Source: Octopus sinensis
Lineage: Eukaryota
NCBI RefSeq assembly: GCF_006345805.1
Contig: NW_021835493.1
Location: 1-39,809 of the forward strand
DNA length: 39,809 nucleotides
Direction: 5' to 3'
Shown here: positions 9,991-21,404 of the stretch, piece by piece
Layout: each line of letters starts with the position of its first letter
How positions within the stretch are numbered: position 1 is the stretch's first letter
Program-made: the position numbers and the translations under genes
Notes under the pieces: generated by a model
Told to the model about the DNA's origin: nothing
Database searches by the model: none
Seen by the model: only the letters and a program-made list of their open reading frames with translations

Positions 9991-9991
<1 letters not shown>

Positions 9992-10063
<72 letters not shown>

Positions 10064-10090
10064 TATAATTATTATTATTTATTTATTTAT
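9992..10090. repeat. (ATT)n-(ATC)n-(ATTT)n tract between two R4 copies
   Basis: Direct read. Confidence 0.95.
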
Positions 10091-10099
10091 TTATTCATC

Positions 10100-11770
10100 T
10101 ATTGCCTTTGCACAGCTTCTTACGCTGGAGATGCATTACAGTATCAGCTGTTCACTAACAGTGAACTAAGGTAACACCCCTTATTTTTCGAGTACCTTCC
10201 GGAGTATTCAAGCAGTACCAAGCAGTGCTGTTTTCTGCAAGTGTTCCACCCATATTGCGGCCCCTATTTGTCCCATGTACTTCTCAAGATTTTTACTCAC
10301 TTTCACAGGGCTCCGACAATTATTGATACTACTACCACGTTTTTCAGCGACCACAACTGCTTAAGCTCCCAAGCTAACCTGTCATATCAATCGACTTTTC
10401 TTTCTTCCAAATCGCATACCTTGTTGGCAGCTGGGGTATGCTATATCTATGATCCAGCATCGTTTGCTTTCTTTGTCACTTAACACTATGTCTAGTTTCC
10501 TATTCTCTATCTCATGGTCGCACTGAATCATGAAATCCCATAGGATCTTGGAATTATTATTTTCGATGATGCCTTGGGGTTTATGTTCGTAAAACTTTTT
10601 TGCTCTCTCAAGACCATACTTGTTGCAAAGTATTCAATGGGTAATCCTTGCTATGTTGTCATGACGTCTCTTATATTCTTTCTGGTCTAGTGGCGTACAT
10701 TTAGTGGTAATATGCCATTCGGTTTCACGATTTTGTCCACAAATTCTGCACTTACCACTTTCTGCATTTGCTGTAATTCGTTCTTAGTGCTTGCTCTTAG
10801 GCAGCTCAGACTAGAGCCACAGTTTCCGATTTTAAATCACTTTTAGTCATCCATAGCCATCTTTTTCTCTGTCTGTCTGTCTGTCTTATCTTCAACATCC
10901 CTATGAAATTGTTCATGTTTTCTTTTCTTTATCCACCTGTTTTCAGTTTCATTCATTCTCAAGTGCTTGTATAGTGCTTTATCTTTGCAATCTTCCATCC
11001 TACACAAGCCCGACCTTTTTTCTTCCAATAATAGTGGTTCTGTGGCATTTCCTACATACCATATTACGTTGTTTTCTTCTGATCTAATGCTGTGTTCGCA
11101 TCCAATCAGTCCATTTCCCCTGCTTTTTCTTGGTACATACATTCTGTCTGAGTCACTTTTTGGGTGGAGTACTGCGTATATCGTCAGCAACATCCTTGTC
11201 TTTCTAACTAAGCAGTTTAGCTCGTCTTCTGTCCATGCAGTTATCCCTGCTCCATACTTAAGGAGTGAAACCGCCCTGGTGTTGATAGCTTCAATTTTAT
11301 TCCATCCGTTTAATTTCGACTTAAGGATCAGTCTCAGTCTGCGCAAGTACTCCGCCTTAGATTTTTCTGTCATTTCTTTCTCCGTCAATTTATCCATTTC
11401 CAATATCCCCAAGTACTTATAGCCCGTGTCTTCTATCTGCTTCTTAAGCTCCCCGACGGTATCGTTAGCCCGTCCATACATTTGATTTTGCCTCCCTTCA
11501 ACACTAACACACAACACTTTTTCAGTCTGAACTCCTTTCTGATATCAGCACTTAAAGTATACACCATAATCACGAAGGAACTGGCTTAGGATACATCTTT
11601 ACCATAAATTTTGAGGTCATCCACGAATGAGAAGTGGTTGACTTTTTGTTGGCGGCTTTTGAATATATACCCAGCCTTTGCTTTTCTCAGAATCAGTTTT
11701 AGTAGTATCATGCATAGTACAATGATCATACATGCGGTGTCCCCTAAGATGAACACCATTTTCGTCTACG
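10100..11770 (-). mobile_element. Second, older R4/Dong-type LINE copy of a different family
   Basis: KVNHFSFVDDLKIYG, YKYLGILE, YLRRLRLILKSKLNGWNKIEAINTRAV, SDRMYVPRKSRGNGLIG, C-terminal HLQKTALLGTA.ILRKVL; many stops; 3' UTR differs from 8017-8280 and ends in (TAAA)/(TAA)n. Confidence 0.9.
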
Positions 11771-12847
11771 GGGTTGCTCAGGTAGTAACACTCCATGACC
11801 ACAATATTGACTTCTTTGTTTAATCTACACCTTGTGTGCTGGTCCCTTGCTGGATAATGAAAGGCTGGAATCGGCCCAGTTTCCCTCAGCCTGCCGGGTG
11901 CAATACTGTCACAGTCAAGGACTTCAGTTTCATTACCACAGTTATTCACAAAATTTTGCTTTTTCATTGTCACTCATATGAGGTAGTGATTATCAGGTGG
12001 CGCAATTACGAGTGTTATATTCTGACACCATCACTAGAAGTATCATCAATCAGCACATGGGGAAATTCGAACCGCTTCTTTTATTATCATTATTTCCATC
12101 TATTATTAAAATGTATTATTAAATGTTGTTTAGTCTCAACTTTCGTCTTGTATTTGAAATGATCATATGTGAGGGTTGAAGAGAATAGTAGGTGCAAGAG
12201 AAGCATGGTGAAGCTTGGTGAAGAAACCAAAATCTACAAGTCTGTAAATACATTCGACTAATAGTGTGGGATCGGCAATGGTCATTCCTGTGCGATAACG
12301 AGACAAAAGCGGCCTCACACCCTTGGGGTTAGCAGAAGTCAACTGTGTTTACTACTACTAGCGATCAATAAGAGCGCTGATCTTGGCCTTGAAAATAACC
12401 AATTCATCTTGTTCTATTTTTAATTACTGATAGAAAAAAATAATAATATATATACAGATGTTCACATCGTTGAAGTTTTGAATTAAAAGAAACATTTTTC
12501 TTTCCTTTTTATAAGTTTTGCTGTGATTTACAGTTTTTGTAATTGTGCAGTTTGTATATATTGGCAGATGCTTACCTCTTTAATATGTTTTATCATGCAT
12601 TTAAATGTGCTTGTTGCAATAAAAAGTATGCTTACATATCTTTTTATTGCAACATAAAATTTTCACACAAAATTGTACATATTGTAGAGTTTTTGCAATG
12701 TAAAGGATGTTTACATTTTCGAATATTTAGGGAGAAAGGAAAGAAAAGGAGGATAAAAATTTTCGCAAAAAGTTGTAGATATTAAAGATTTAAAATTTAC
12801 TAAATATGATTTTGTATGTCCGGACAGAGAAAACTGTAGTGTTCTTA

Positions 12848-12874
12848 TAATAATAATAATAATAATAATAATAT

Positions 12875-12942
<68 letters not shown>

Positions 12943-13014
12943 TATAATAATAATAATAATAATAATAATGATGATAATAATAATGAAATAATAATAATAA
13001 TAATGATAATAATA

Positions 13015-13099
<85 letters not shown>

Positions 13100-13112
13100 T
13101 AATAATAATAAC

Positions 13113-13189
<77 letters not shown>

Positions 13190-13190
13190 T
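12848..13190. repeat. (AAT)n/(ATG)n switching to (ATT)n
   Basis: Direct read; polarity flips at ~13112. Confidence 0.95.
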
Positions 13191-13389
13191 ATATTGCTAT
13201 CATTTCCTGCTCTTTGCGTTCTCAATTCAAATTCTACCGGGCTAGACTTTACCTTTCACCCTCACGCCCTCCCCTATTTATTCTGGTGTTGTAACAAAGA
13301 AACTAAGACCCTTATGTTTATCATTACTGTTGTTGTTATGGCCGTCAGCCTGATAAGCCACATTTGACACTGATTCTGTAATGTTTCGC

Positions 13390-13710
13390 TTTTCTCTCTT
13401 TACTTGTTCAGTCATTTAACTGTTGGCCATGCTAGTGAGCACTGCCTTTAGTCGAGCTAATCGACCCCAGGACTTATTCTTTGTAGCCTAGTACTTATTC
13501 TATCGGTCTCTCTGCGAACCGCTAAGTTACGGGGATTGGGTAAACACACCAGCATCGGTGTCAAGCGATGTGTGGGACAAACAAAGACACAAACATATAC
13601 ACACTACACACACAATATATATGTACATATATACGACGGGCTTCTTACAGTTTCCGTCTACCAAATCCATCACAAGGCTTCGGTCGGCCTGAAGCTATAG
13701 TAGAGGACAC
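13390..13710 (-). mobile_element. CORE-type SINE (family C), lacking tRNA head, indel-rich
   Basis: Aligns to the 3' three quarters of 31173-31581. Confidence 0.88.
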
Positions 13711-14149
13711 TACGCGGAAAACCGTTCCGTTCGGTTTTGAAATTTGTTCCATACGGAAACCGAGTTGTTTGCTGTCAAATGGTGAGTTTATTTTCGTGCG
13801 TTGTCCCCCATTTTGGATGGACGTCACGATTTAATTCTGCTCCTTTAATGAAAAATTTTGTTTTCCCCGTCCATGGAGGAAATATCACCGCCGCCGTCGC
13901 CGGTGGACTCTTCCGTCGAAGACGTCGTATGAGCATTCAACTGTTTCCGACGAGGAACATTCACAAATGATTTGTTTATAGCGATCACATGTTCGTACCG
14001 CGTATTACCTCAATCCAGAGTTAAAGTTTGGCTCTCATTTCTAGCAACTGTAGGTGCTATTTTGTACCCTTATTTACCAATTTTACCATTTTGCTTTTAA
14101 TTGCTATAACCACAACATATCTAAGTATTAATATAGTATTATATATATC

Positions 14150-14177
14150 TCTATCTATCTATCTATCTATCTATCTA

Positions 14178-14233
<56 letters not shown>

Positions 14234-14259
14234 ATCTATCTATCCTGTATATCTGTCTA

Positions 14260-14306
<47 letters not shown>

Positions 14307-14316
14307 ATCATCTATC

Positions 14317-14384
<68 letters not shown>

Positions 14385-14395
14385 AATAATTATAT
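14150..14395. repeat. (TATC)n-(TC)n-(TA)n microsatellite
   Basis: Direct read. Confidence 0.95.
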
Positions 14396-14460
14396 ATTAA
14401 TTTATTTGCTAGGGAATAAAATTCCGGCATAACAGGAGTTCAAATTTATTTAATGAGGAA

Positions 14461-14592
14461 ATATATTTTTCATTTAGGGATAGTAGGCCCCTTCATCCCA
14501 CCATATAAAGGAATTTAAATTTAAATTTGAATTTAAATACTTACTACTTTTATATGGTGTAATGAAGGGGCCTACTTCTCAAATGAATATAT
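14461..14592. mobile_element. ~130 bp fold-back (MITE-like) element in TA-rich context
   Basis: Left arm CATTT..AGTAGGCCCCTTCAT..ACCATATAAA pairs with right arm TTTATATGGT..ATGAAGGGGCCTACT..AAATG; AT-rich spacer. Confidence 0.7.
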
Positions 14593-14593
14593 G

Positions 14594-14625
<32 letters not shown>

Positions 14626-14670
14626 ATATATATATATTATATAGATCAATCTATCTGTTTACATGCATGT

Positions 14671-14907
14671 GAGGAGGCATTTGGCTAGGGTGATGGGCTC
14701 ACAATCGCTAGATCGTGGTTTCCACTCCTTGAGTGGGTGGTGCACCGACATCCGTAGTACACCGTGTGCCTATTGAGAAAAGTTCGATTTGATGGAGAGT
14801 GTGAGCTAATATGCGGCACGAACATTCGATCTCTATAAGCAAATCATTTGTGCAGGTCGCTTGGCAAGAAGCTGGACGCTCATATGTCGTCTGCGATGGG
14901 AGAGTCC
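14671..14907 (+). mobile_element. Degenerate tRNA-derived SINE, a further family (D)
   Basis: Head GGAGGCATTTGGCTAGGGTG...GATCGTGGTTTCCACTCC resembles the family B head; distinct body ending GGAGAGTCCA. Confidence 0.55.
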
Positions 14908-14908
14908 A

Positions 14909-15312
14909 TTTTTTTTTTACTTGTTTCAGTCATTTGACTGCGGCCATGCTGGAGCACCGCCTTTAATCGAGCAACTCGACTCCGGGACTTATTCTTTGTA
15001 AGCCCAGTACTTATTCTATCGGTCTCTTTTGCCGAACCGCTGAGTGACGGGGACATAAATACACCAGCATCGGTTGTCAAGCGATGTTGGGGGGACAAAT
15101 ACAGACACACAAACACACACACGCATATATATATATATATACACATATACGACGGGCTTCTTTCAGTTTCCGTCTACCAAATCCACTCACAAGGCTTTGG
15201 TCGGCCTGAGGCTATAGTAGAAGACACTTGTCCAAGGTGCCACGCAGTGGGACTGAACCCGGAACCATGTGGCTGGTAAACAAGCTACTTACCACACAGC
15301 CACTCCTGCGCC
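14909..15312 (-). mobile_element. CORE-type tRNA SINE (family C), full length
   Basis: Head GGCGCAGGAGTGGCTGTGTGG..GGTTCAGTCCC, CORE-like GGCACCTTGGACAAGTG, internal (TA)n(TG)n; homologous to 31173-31581. Octopus OR-type SINEs are the known CORE-SINEs to compare against. Confidence 0.93.
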
Positions 15313-15318
15313 TGCCAT

Positions 15319-16189
15319 TATAAAGGTTTTTAAAAAAAAAATTGATATCATTTCTGATGTAAGTATCAGAGAAACTTCACTGTCAAAACAAATGAAACTA
15401 AACAGGCTTAATGTTGAGCAACATAAGGGTTATTCTTCGAAATTTGAATGAGAAATGCAAAGGTATGTGGATTCCATGAACGATTTCACAAATGTTCAGT
15501 ATGCGAACCACCTGAGACACGGCACACGTCAGGTCGATGGTCCAGCTCCTCCCAAACACGCTGCAGCATGTCTTGGCTAATAGTCTCCAGTGCGGTAATG
15601 ATTCTCTGCACGAGTTCCTCTAGGTTTGCAGGAAGAGGTGGGACGTAGACTAGGCCCTTCCTATACCTCCTCGTTTGCACTTTCGCTTGTCACCTGCCGT
15701 TATGGCCTGAACGAGCTGCAGCTTGGAGGGTTTCATTAGCAAGTGTTTCCTCAGGACGCACCAGACTGTCGTTGGCGGAATCTCGGTCTCCAGACTTGTT
15801 CTTCTCATGGATTTCTTGAAGCTTCGCAAGAGATTTTGGCAAACCCACTCGACAGTCTCTTCCGATGTTAGTGCTCGTCCAGATCCTTTTGCGCTACACA
15901 GACAACCTTCCTCTGAATTTTTTGTGCCATGTCCAAATCTGCATTGCCGTTGGTGACATTTTAGAGAACTTTTTCACAAATGCACGGTGCACAGTTCTGG
16001 TCGACTGTGTTCGAGTATACTATAACACACAAAACACTTTTTCTCTTCCAATGAATGTCATTTCTGCACCTTAAGCATAAAAGGTTGATCTGTTTCTACA
16101 CATGCTGGTAAAACTTGGAGTCATTTCAAGAAGAACTGGCAAAGTTATTAGACTGCGAAATGATATCAAATTTTTTGAAACATCCTGTA
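15319..16189 (-). mobile_element. Internally deleted Tc1/mariner-superfamily DNA transposon
   Basis: Right TIR GAAATGATATCAAATTTTTTGAAACATCCTG+TA (16157-16189); degenerate left TIR TATAAAGGTTTTTAAAAAAAAAATTGATATCATTTC (15319-15354). Minus strand has an N-terminal HTH region (RTQSTRTVHRAF...SMRRTSLETEIPPTTVWCVLRKHL) joined to the C-terminus VYVPPLPANLEELVQRI...CRVSGGSHTEHL*; the catalytic DD(D/E) region is missing. Confidence 0.88.
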
Positions 16190-16335
16190 CGTATAATGTA
16201 AGCGTGGTATAGATATCCGCATTGCACAGTTGGACAAGAACTTTAAAAAATCCAACTCCTTCATCCAGGGATAATACTTTTGATGTCAAAAGTTATCTAT
16301 GAGCACGATCCTTGAGTTGGTATAGAAGCAGAAAA

Positions 16336-16565
16336 GCGGCGAGCTGGCAGAAACGTTAGCACGCCGGGCGAAATGCTTTGCAGTATTTCGTCTGTCCCTA
16401 CGTTCTGAGTTCAAATTCCGCCGAGGTCGACTTTGCCTTTCATCTTTTCGGGGTCGATTAAATAAGTACCAGTTACGCACTGGGGTCGATACAATCGACT
16501 TAATCCGTTTGTCTGTCCTTGTTTTTCTTCTCTGTGTTTAGCCCCTTGTGGGTGGTAAAGAAATA
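16336..16565 (+). mobile_element. tRNA-derived SINE family A with ~16 bp TSD
   Basis: GGTAT(A/G)GAAGCAGAAA at 16319-16334 and 16566-16581 (1 mismatch). Confidence 0.93.
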
Positions 16566-16927
16566 GGTATGGAAGCAGAAAGGCACACAACCACAAATAG
16601 GCTTAATGAGTATTTCTACACGGAATAGAAAATACAGAATCATGAAAGGAAGTAAACGAAAGAATCTTATCTTGACAACTGTTTTAGGAACACCATAGAT
16701 TGTGCCGTAAGCATATTCAAGTAAAATATATAATAAAGACCGACGATGTCGTAGGTGTGTATACACACACACTCTCTCTCTCCACACACACACGCACACA
16801 CACACACACACACACACATAAATTCCACTGGATCTGTTAGACCAACTGAGGGCACCAAGGTCGGAAGAAGATGGCAAATGCATTTGCCACAATGACCTAG
16901 CTTTGTCTAACAGATCTATTGAACTTT

Positions 16928-17160
<233 letters not shown>

Positions 17161-17724
17161 TAAATATATTCATAGACAATCTCAGAACGGAATTTAGTGA
17201 CGGAAGTTCGAAACGAGCACAAGATTTCAAATTCTACTCAACCGGTTCCATCCACCAATATTTTGGTATTCTCACCTCCCTAAGTACTGTTGCCACTCTG
17301 ACAATACAAATCCACACACTATATACTTAGTCAAATGACTGATAACAAGGAATTAACTATGGCTTTTGTAGAATCGTAAACAAAACTGATTGCAAAAGTT
17401 GTCCGAGAGCAACAACGCATAGAAATGTGTTTGGCATTGATTTTGGATAGCGAACCTCGTGCAGGAAATACTTAACAAAGATAGCTTTATTGAGATAAAA
17501 CTGAAAAGAATATCTCATAACAATGGTGTCACAGCAGTTGTGTCTACGATCAATGCACTTCTACCATATTACGATATGTTTACAAAGCATTCTAATATCT
17601 AATATCAATAGTCGTGAATGTGTGTTTGTAGAGTGTGAGTATACGATGTTGGCGTGGTAGGGCGGGTCGCCAGCGTACAAGTGCTTGGAACTCCATCTGA
17701 AATCTATTAAACGCATTAGAATAT

Positions 17725-17839
17725 GTATGTGAGTGAGGATATATATATATATATTATATATATATAAATATACATATAAATACATACATACATACATATA
17801 TATATATATTATATATATATACATATACAACATACATAC

Positions 17840-17893
<54 letters not shown>

Positions 17894-17898
17894 TATAT

Positions 17899-17954
<56 letters not shown>

Positions 17955-17960
17955 CATATA
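17725..17960. repeat. (TA)n-rich microsatellite
   Basis: Direct read. Confidence 0.95.
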
Positions 17961-18671
17961 AATACAACATACATACACGTGGGTGTGTGTATATGTGTGT
18001 GTATAAAAATCATGCATATAGTTAAATCTACTGAGTGAAATAAACAAAAGCACTTTCTCTTTTCTGAATCGCGTGCATGTGCATATACAAACACACACAC
18101 ACACACGCGCACAACCGCACGCGCGCACAACCGCACGCGCGCACAACCGCACGCGCGCACACACATGCATATACGCAGATGAATGCTAAATAAAGGTACC
18201 TGTGTCATATATATAGCGCATCTTAATTTGTTTCTTCTGATCATACACTCTCTGAGAAAGATTTACAGTTAATACATTTAGATCTATGATTAAAGTCAGA
18301 GTAAGTAAAATGAATTGAAAGAGTGATTGTCGAATGTTCTACGTAAAAAAAAAAGGTAAATGTATTTAACTAAAGGTATTCGGACGAGACATCATGATGT
18401 TTCAATAATTATTTGTTTCTTCAGTCGGTGTGGAAAGCATCAGGCCCTTGTACTGTCACATTAATAGTGTTGCTGGCACGAGGGTGTAACATAACATGAG
18501 CTAAGGCAAATAAACAAAGTTAGGAAGACTTCGTACAAAACCGAAAATAGTAAGTTAGTGAAATTAATAATTAGAGTACCATACTTTTTTTATTATCCAC
18601 GAGCTAATCCACACACATACGCACATGCGAGCACTCACGCATGCATATATCTTTAGTAATAAAGATATATA

Positions 18672-18811
18672 GGTCGACTTTGCCTTTCATCCTTTCAGGG
18701 TCGATAAATTAAGTACCAGTTACGCACTGGGGTTGATATAATCGACTTAATCCGTTTGTCTGTCCTTGTTCGTCCCCTCTGTGTTTAGCTCCTTATGGGT
18801 AGTAAATAAAT
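18672..18811 (+). mobile_element. 5'-truncated SINE family A with 22 bp TSD
   Basis: ATATATCTTTAGTAATAAAGAT at 18645-18666 and 18812-18833. Confidence 0.93.
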
Positions 18812-19379
18812 ATATATCTTTAGTAATAAAGATGAAGCGAGTAAATAATATGGGTCCTACAACAAGTGTTTCCGTAACAAAAACTTTATTTTGAAAGCAT
18901 TGTGTCTTAGTACATACCATACGTGTTTACATCACATTACCACTACGTCAGGTAATCCTCCATTGAAGGTTTCTTAGGCGATATGCTCCAAAAAAGAAAT
19001 TATGATAGCACACACACATACACACACACACTTACACACACACACTCACACACACACGCACACGGGTGTGTATGTATGTATCACTACATAGCTATTGTTG
19101 CCAGCGAAAGGATCCTCTCTGGACAGTGTCGCCACCAACATCCAGTCCTATCATGCAGGACTCATGTTGCTGCTAAACTGATAACATCACGTGATCTTTG
19201 TTGACCAATGACGGCCCTCTACCTAGAAGTCATCTTGGACTTCTCTTCATTCAGTACTACGTGCTTAACGAGTTAGGTTCGTTTGATGAACTGGCGAAAC
19301 TTTCAGCGGCATGGAGCCAAATCAAACGTATTCAATGTGAAATTCCTACCAAACGTGTTGAGTGACATTTTCTTTCGTT

Positions 19380-20055
19380 TGATCACTCATTCCTCACTCA
19401 TTCTATCATTCTCTCACTCACTCACTCATTCACTCACTCATTCGCCCAATAATTTAATCACTCACTCATTAACTGATTTGTACAGTCGGTTATTCAATCA
19501 CTCAGTTAACATTCATACACTCTCTCATTCATTCGTCCAGTCACTCAATCTCCCGCTTCTTCACTCAATTAAAAGAAAGCAACTTTTTCACTCACCCATT
19601 CACTCACCCATTCATTCATTCACCCATTCCTTCACTCACACACTGACTGACTCGCTCAGTCAATTACTCTCTCACTCTATCAATCTATCTCTCAATCAGT
19701 ACTTATGATTCATCCATTTACTCAATCACGATTTCAATCCCCCACCCATTCACCCATTCAACCGCTGACTAAAGTTCCCACTCAATCACACGCACAATCA
19801 CTCATTTATTTATCCAATCACTCATTTATTAACCAATTAATTCCTCAATTACACACTCACTCGTTCACTCAATCATTCTCTCATTCATATACTGAATCAG
19901 TCAAATCATTCGCTCACTCAATCACGAAATCAATCACTCACCCGATAGCTCATTCACTCAATCACAATCTTATTCCTCCTAACCCCCTCCCCCCCGACTC
20001 ACCATCGTTTCATAACCATGCAACCCCCTCCCTCCACCCATTCTTCTATCATTAA
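19380..20055. repeat. Cryptic degenerate (TCAC)/(TCAT)/(TCAA) tetranucleotide array
   Basis: Recurrent TCAC, TCAT and TCAA words with strong G depletion on the plus strand. Confidence 0.85.
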
Positions 20056-20154
20056 ATGTTTGCTATTTTCCTCCTTCATCTCTTATCTCTTTTAAACAAT
20101 CTTTCACCAACTTTCATTCCTCATCCAGGCTTCTTCACTCTCACTTCATTACTC

Positions 20155-20157
20155 ACT

Positions 20158-20192
<35 letters not shown>

Positions 20193-20450
20193 TACTCACT
20201 GCGGTGTTGTTTGTCAACATCTCTCCTCTTTCTACACCTCACAGCTCTTTAAGAAACACCTCCACCTCTTATTCTGTCTCGTCCAGATCTGTTTCTCATT
20301 TTCCCTCTCATCGTCACCACGACCACTATCACCACCGCCGCTGCCGCCGCCGCCGCCGTCGTCATAGTCGTCGTCGACGTCGTAGTAGTCGTCGTAGTAG
20401 TCATCGTCGTCGTCATCATCATCATCATCGTCACCATTTCTCTTTCTTCT
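20155..20450. repeat. (TC)n plus (CCG)/(TCG)/(TCA) trinucleotide mosaic
   Basis: Direct read. Confidence 0.85.
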
Positions 20451-21323
20451 GTCTCTCTTCAACCTTCTCTCTCTCTTCTCCGTATTTCCAGTCCGAAGAA
20501 TCCGCTAGATCTTTCTAATTTGGTAACAAGAGACCTGTAAAGTCTTGAATCTATTAAAATATCCCATTTCTGGCACTGGTAACCAGAGAATATTCTTTAA
20601 TTTGTCGAAATGCCAATGATTGCATTCAAAATGGAGGAAAAAGCTTTTTAGGAAGATATTTTATATTCAACAGGTATTTGTATTTTTTTTGGAAATATTT
20701 TACATTTTATCAGAAATATGATGTATAGAATAAAGACATTTATAGCATGGGTAGTTACATGCATATGCATGGATGCATATGCATGTATGTATAATACGTA
20801 TACAGATACATACATACTAACATACATATATAATATATCTAAATCTATATCTATCTATCTCTCTCTCTATATATATACACACACGTAATATGATGTAAAT
20901 TATTTAGGCAGTCATATATACGCATAAACACACACACTTATCTGTACATACAAACTTATATACATACCTGATACATGCTATATATTTCACCAAAAGTAAA
21001 TTACTGCTGATGGACGCAATTAATAGAGTATGTGATAAAAGAGCTTCTTGTGTTGTAATTACTTACGTCTTGGGTTCAAATGCGGATATAATTCATTATT
21101 ACCAGATTGACGAATTATGTACAGGGGGTTGTTGTTTTGGTTATACACTTGAGACCAGAGCCGCAGCCGGGCAACCATACAAAAACTGAAACCGCTTAGA
21201 AAAGGATTAAAAATAATCTCGTAGCGTCATCTGTCTAGTGTTTGTGACCAAAAGGGAGATAACTACTCCTAAATGCTAGCATCTCACAGTCTATGGAGGT
21301 GACGCTGCGAGCTGATGTTGGTG

Positions 21324-21324
<1 letters not shown>

Positions 21325-21403
<79 letters not shown>
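21325..21403. repeat. (ATCT)n at the 5' junction of the Tx1/L1-type LINE
   Basis: Direct read. Confidence 0.97.
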
Positions 21404-21404
21404 C

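Noticed and set aside
11979-11987. TGAGGTAGT, matching the let-7 5' end
   Set aside because: Only 9 nt match and there is no complementary arm for a pre-miRNA.
18111-18158. 16 bp unit ACAACCGCACGCGCGC repeated 3 times (and similar small duplications at ~34075, ~34480, ~24130)
   Set aside because: Ordinary slippage duplications; no unique spacers, so not CRISPR-like.
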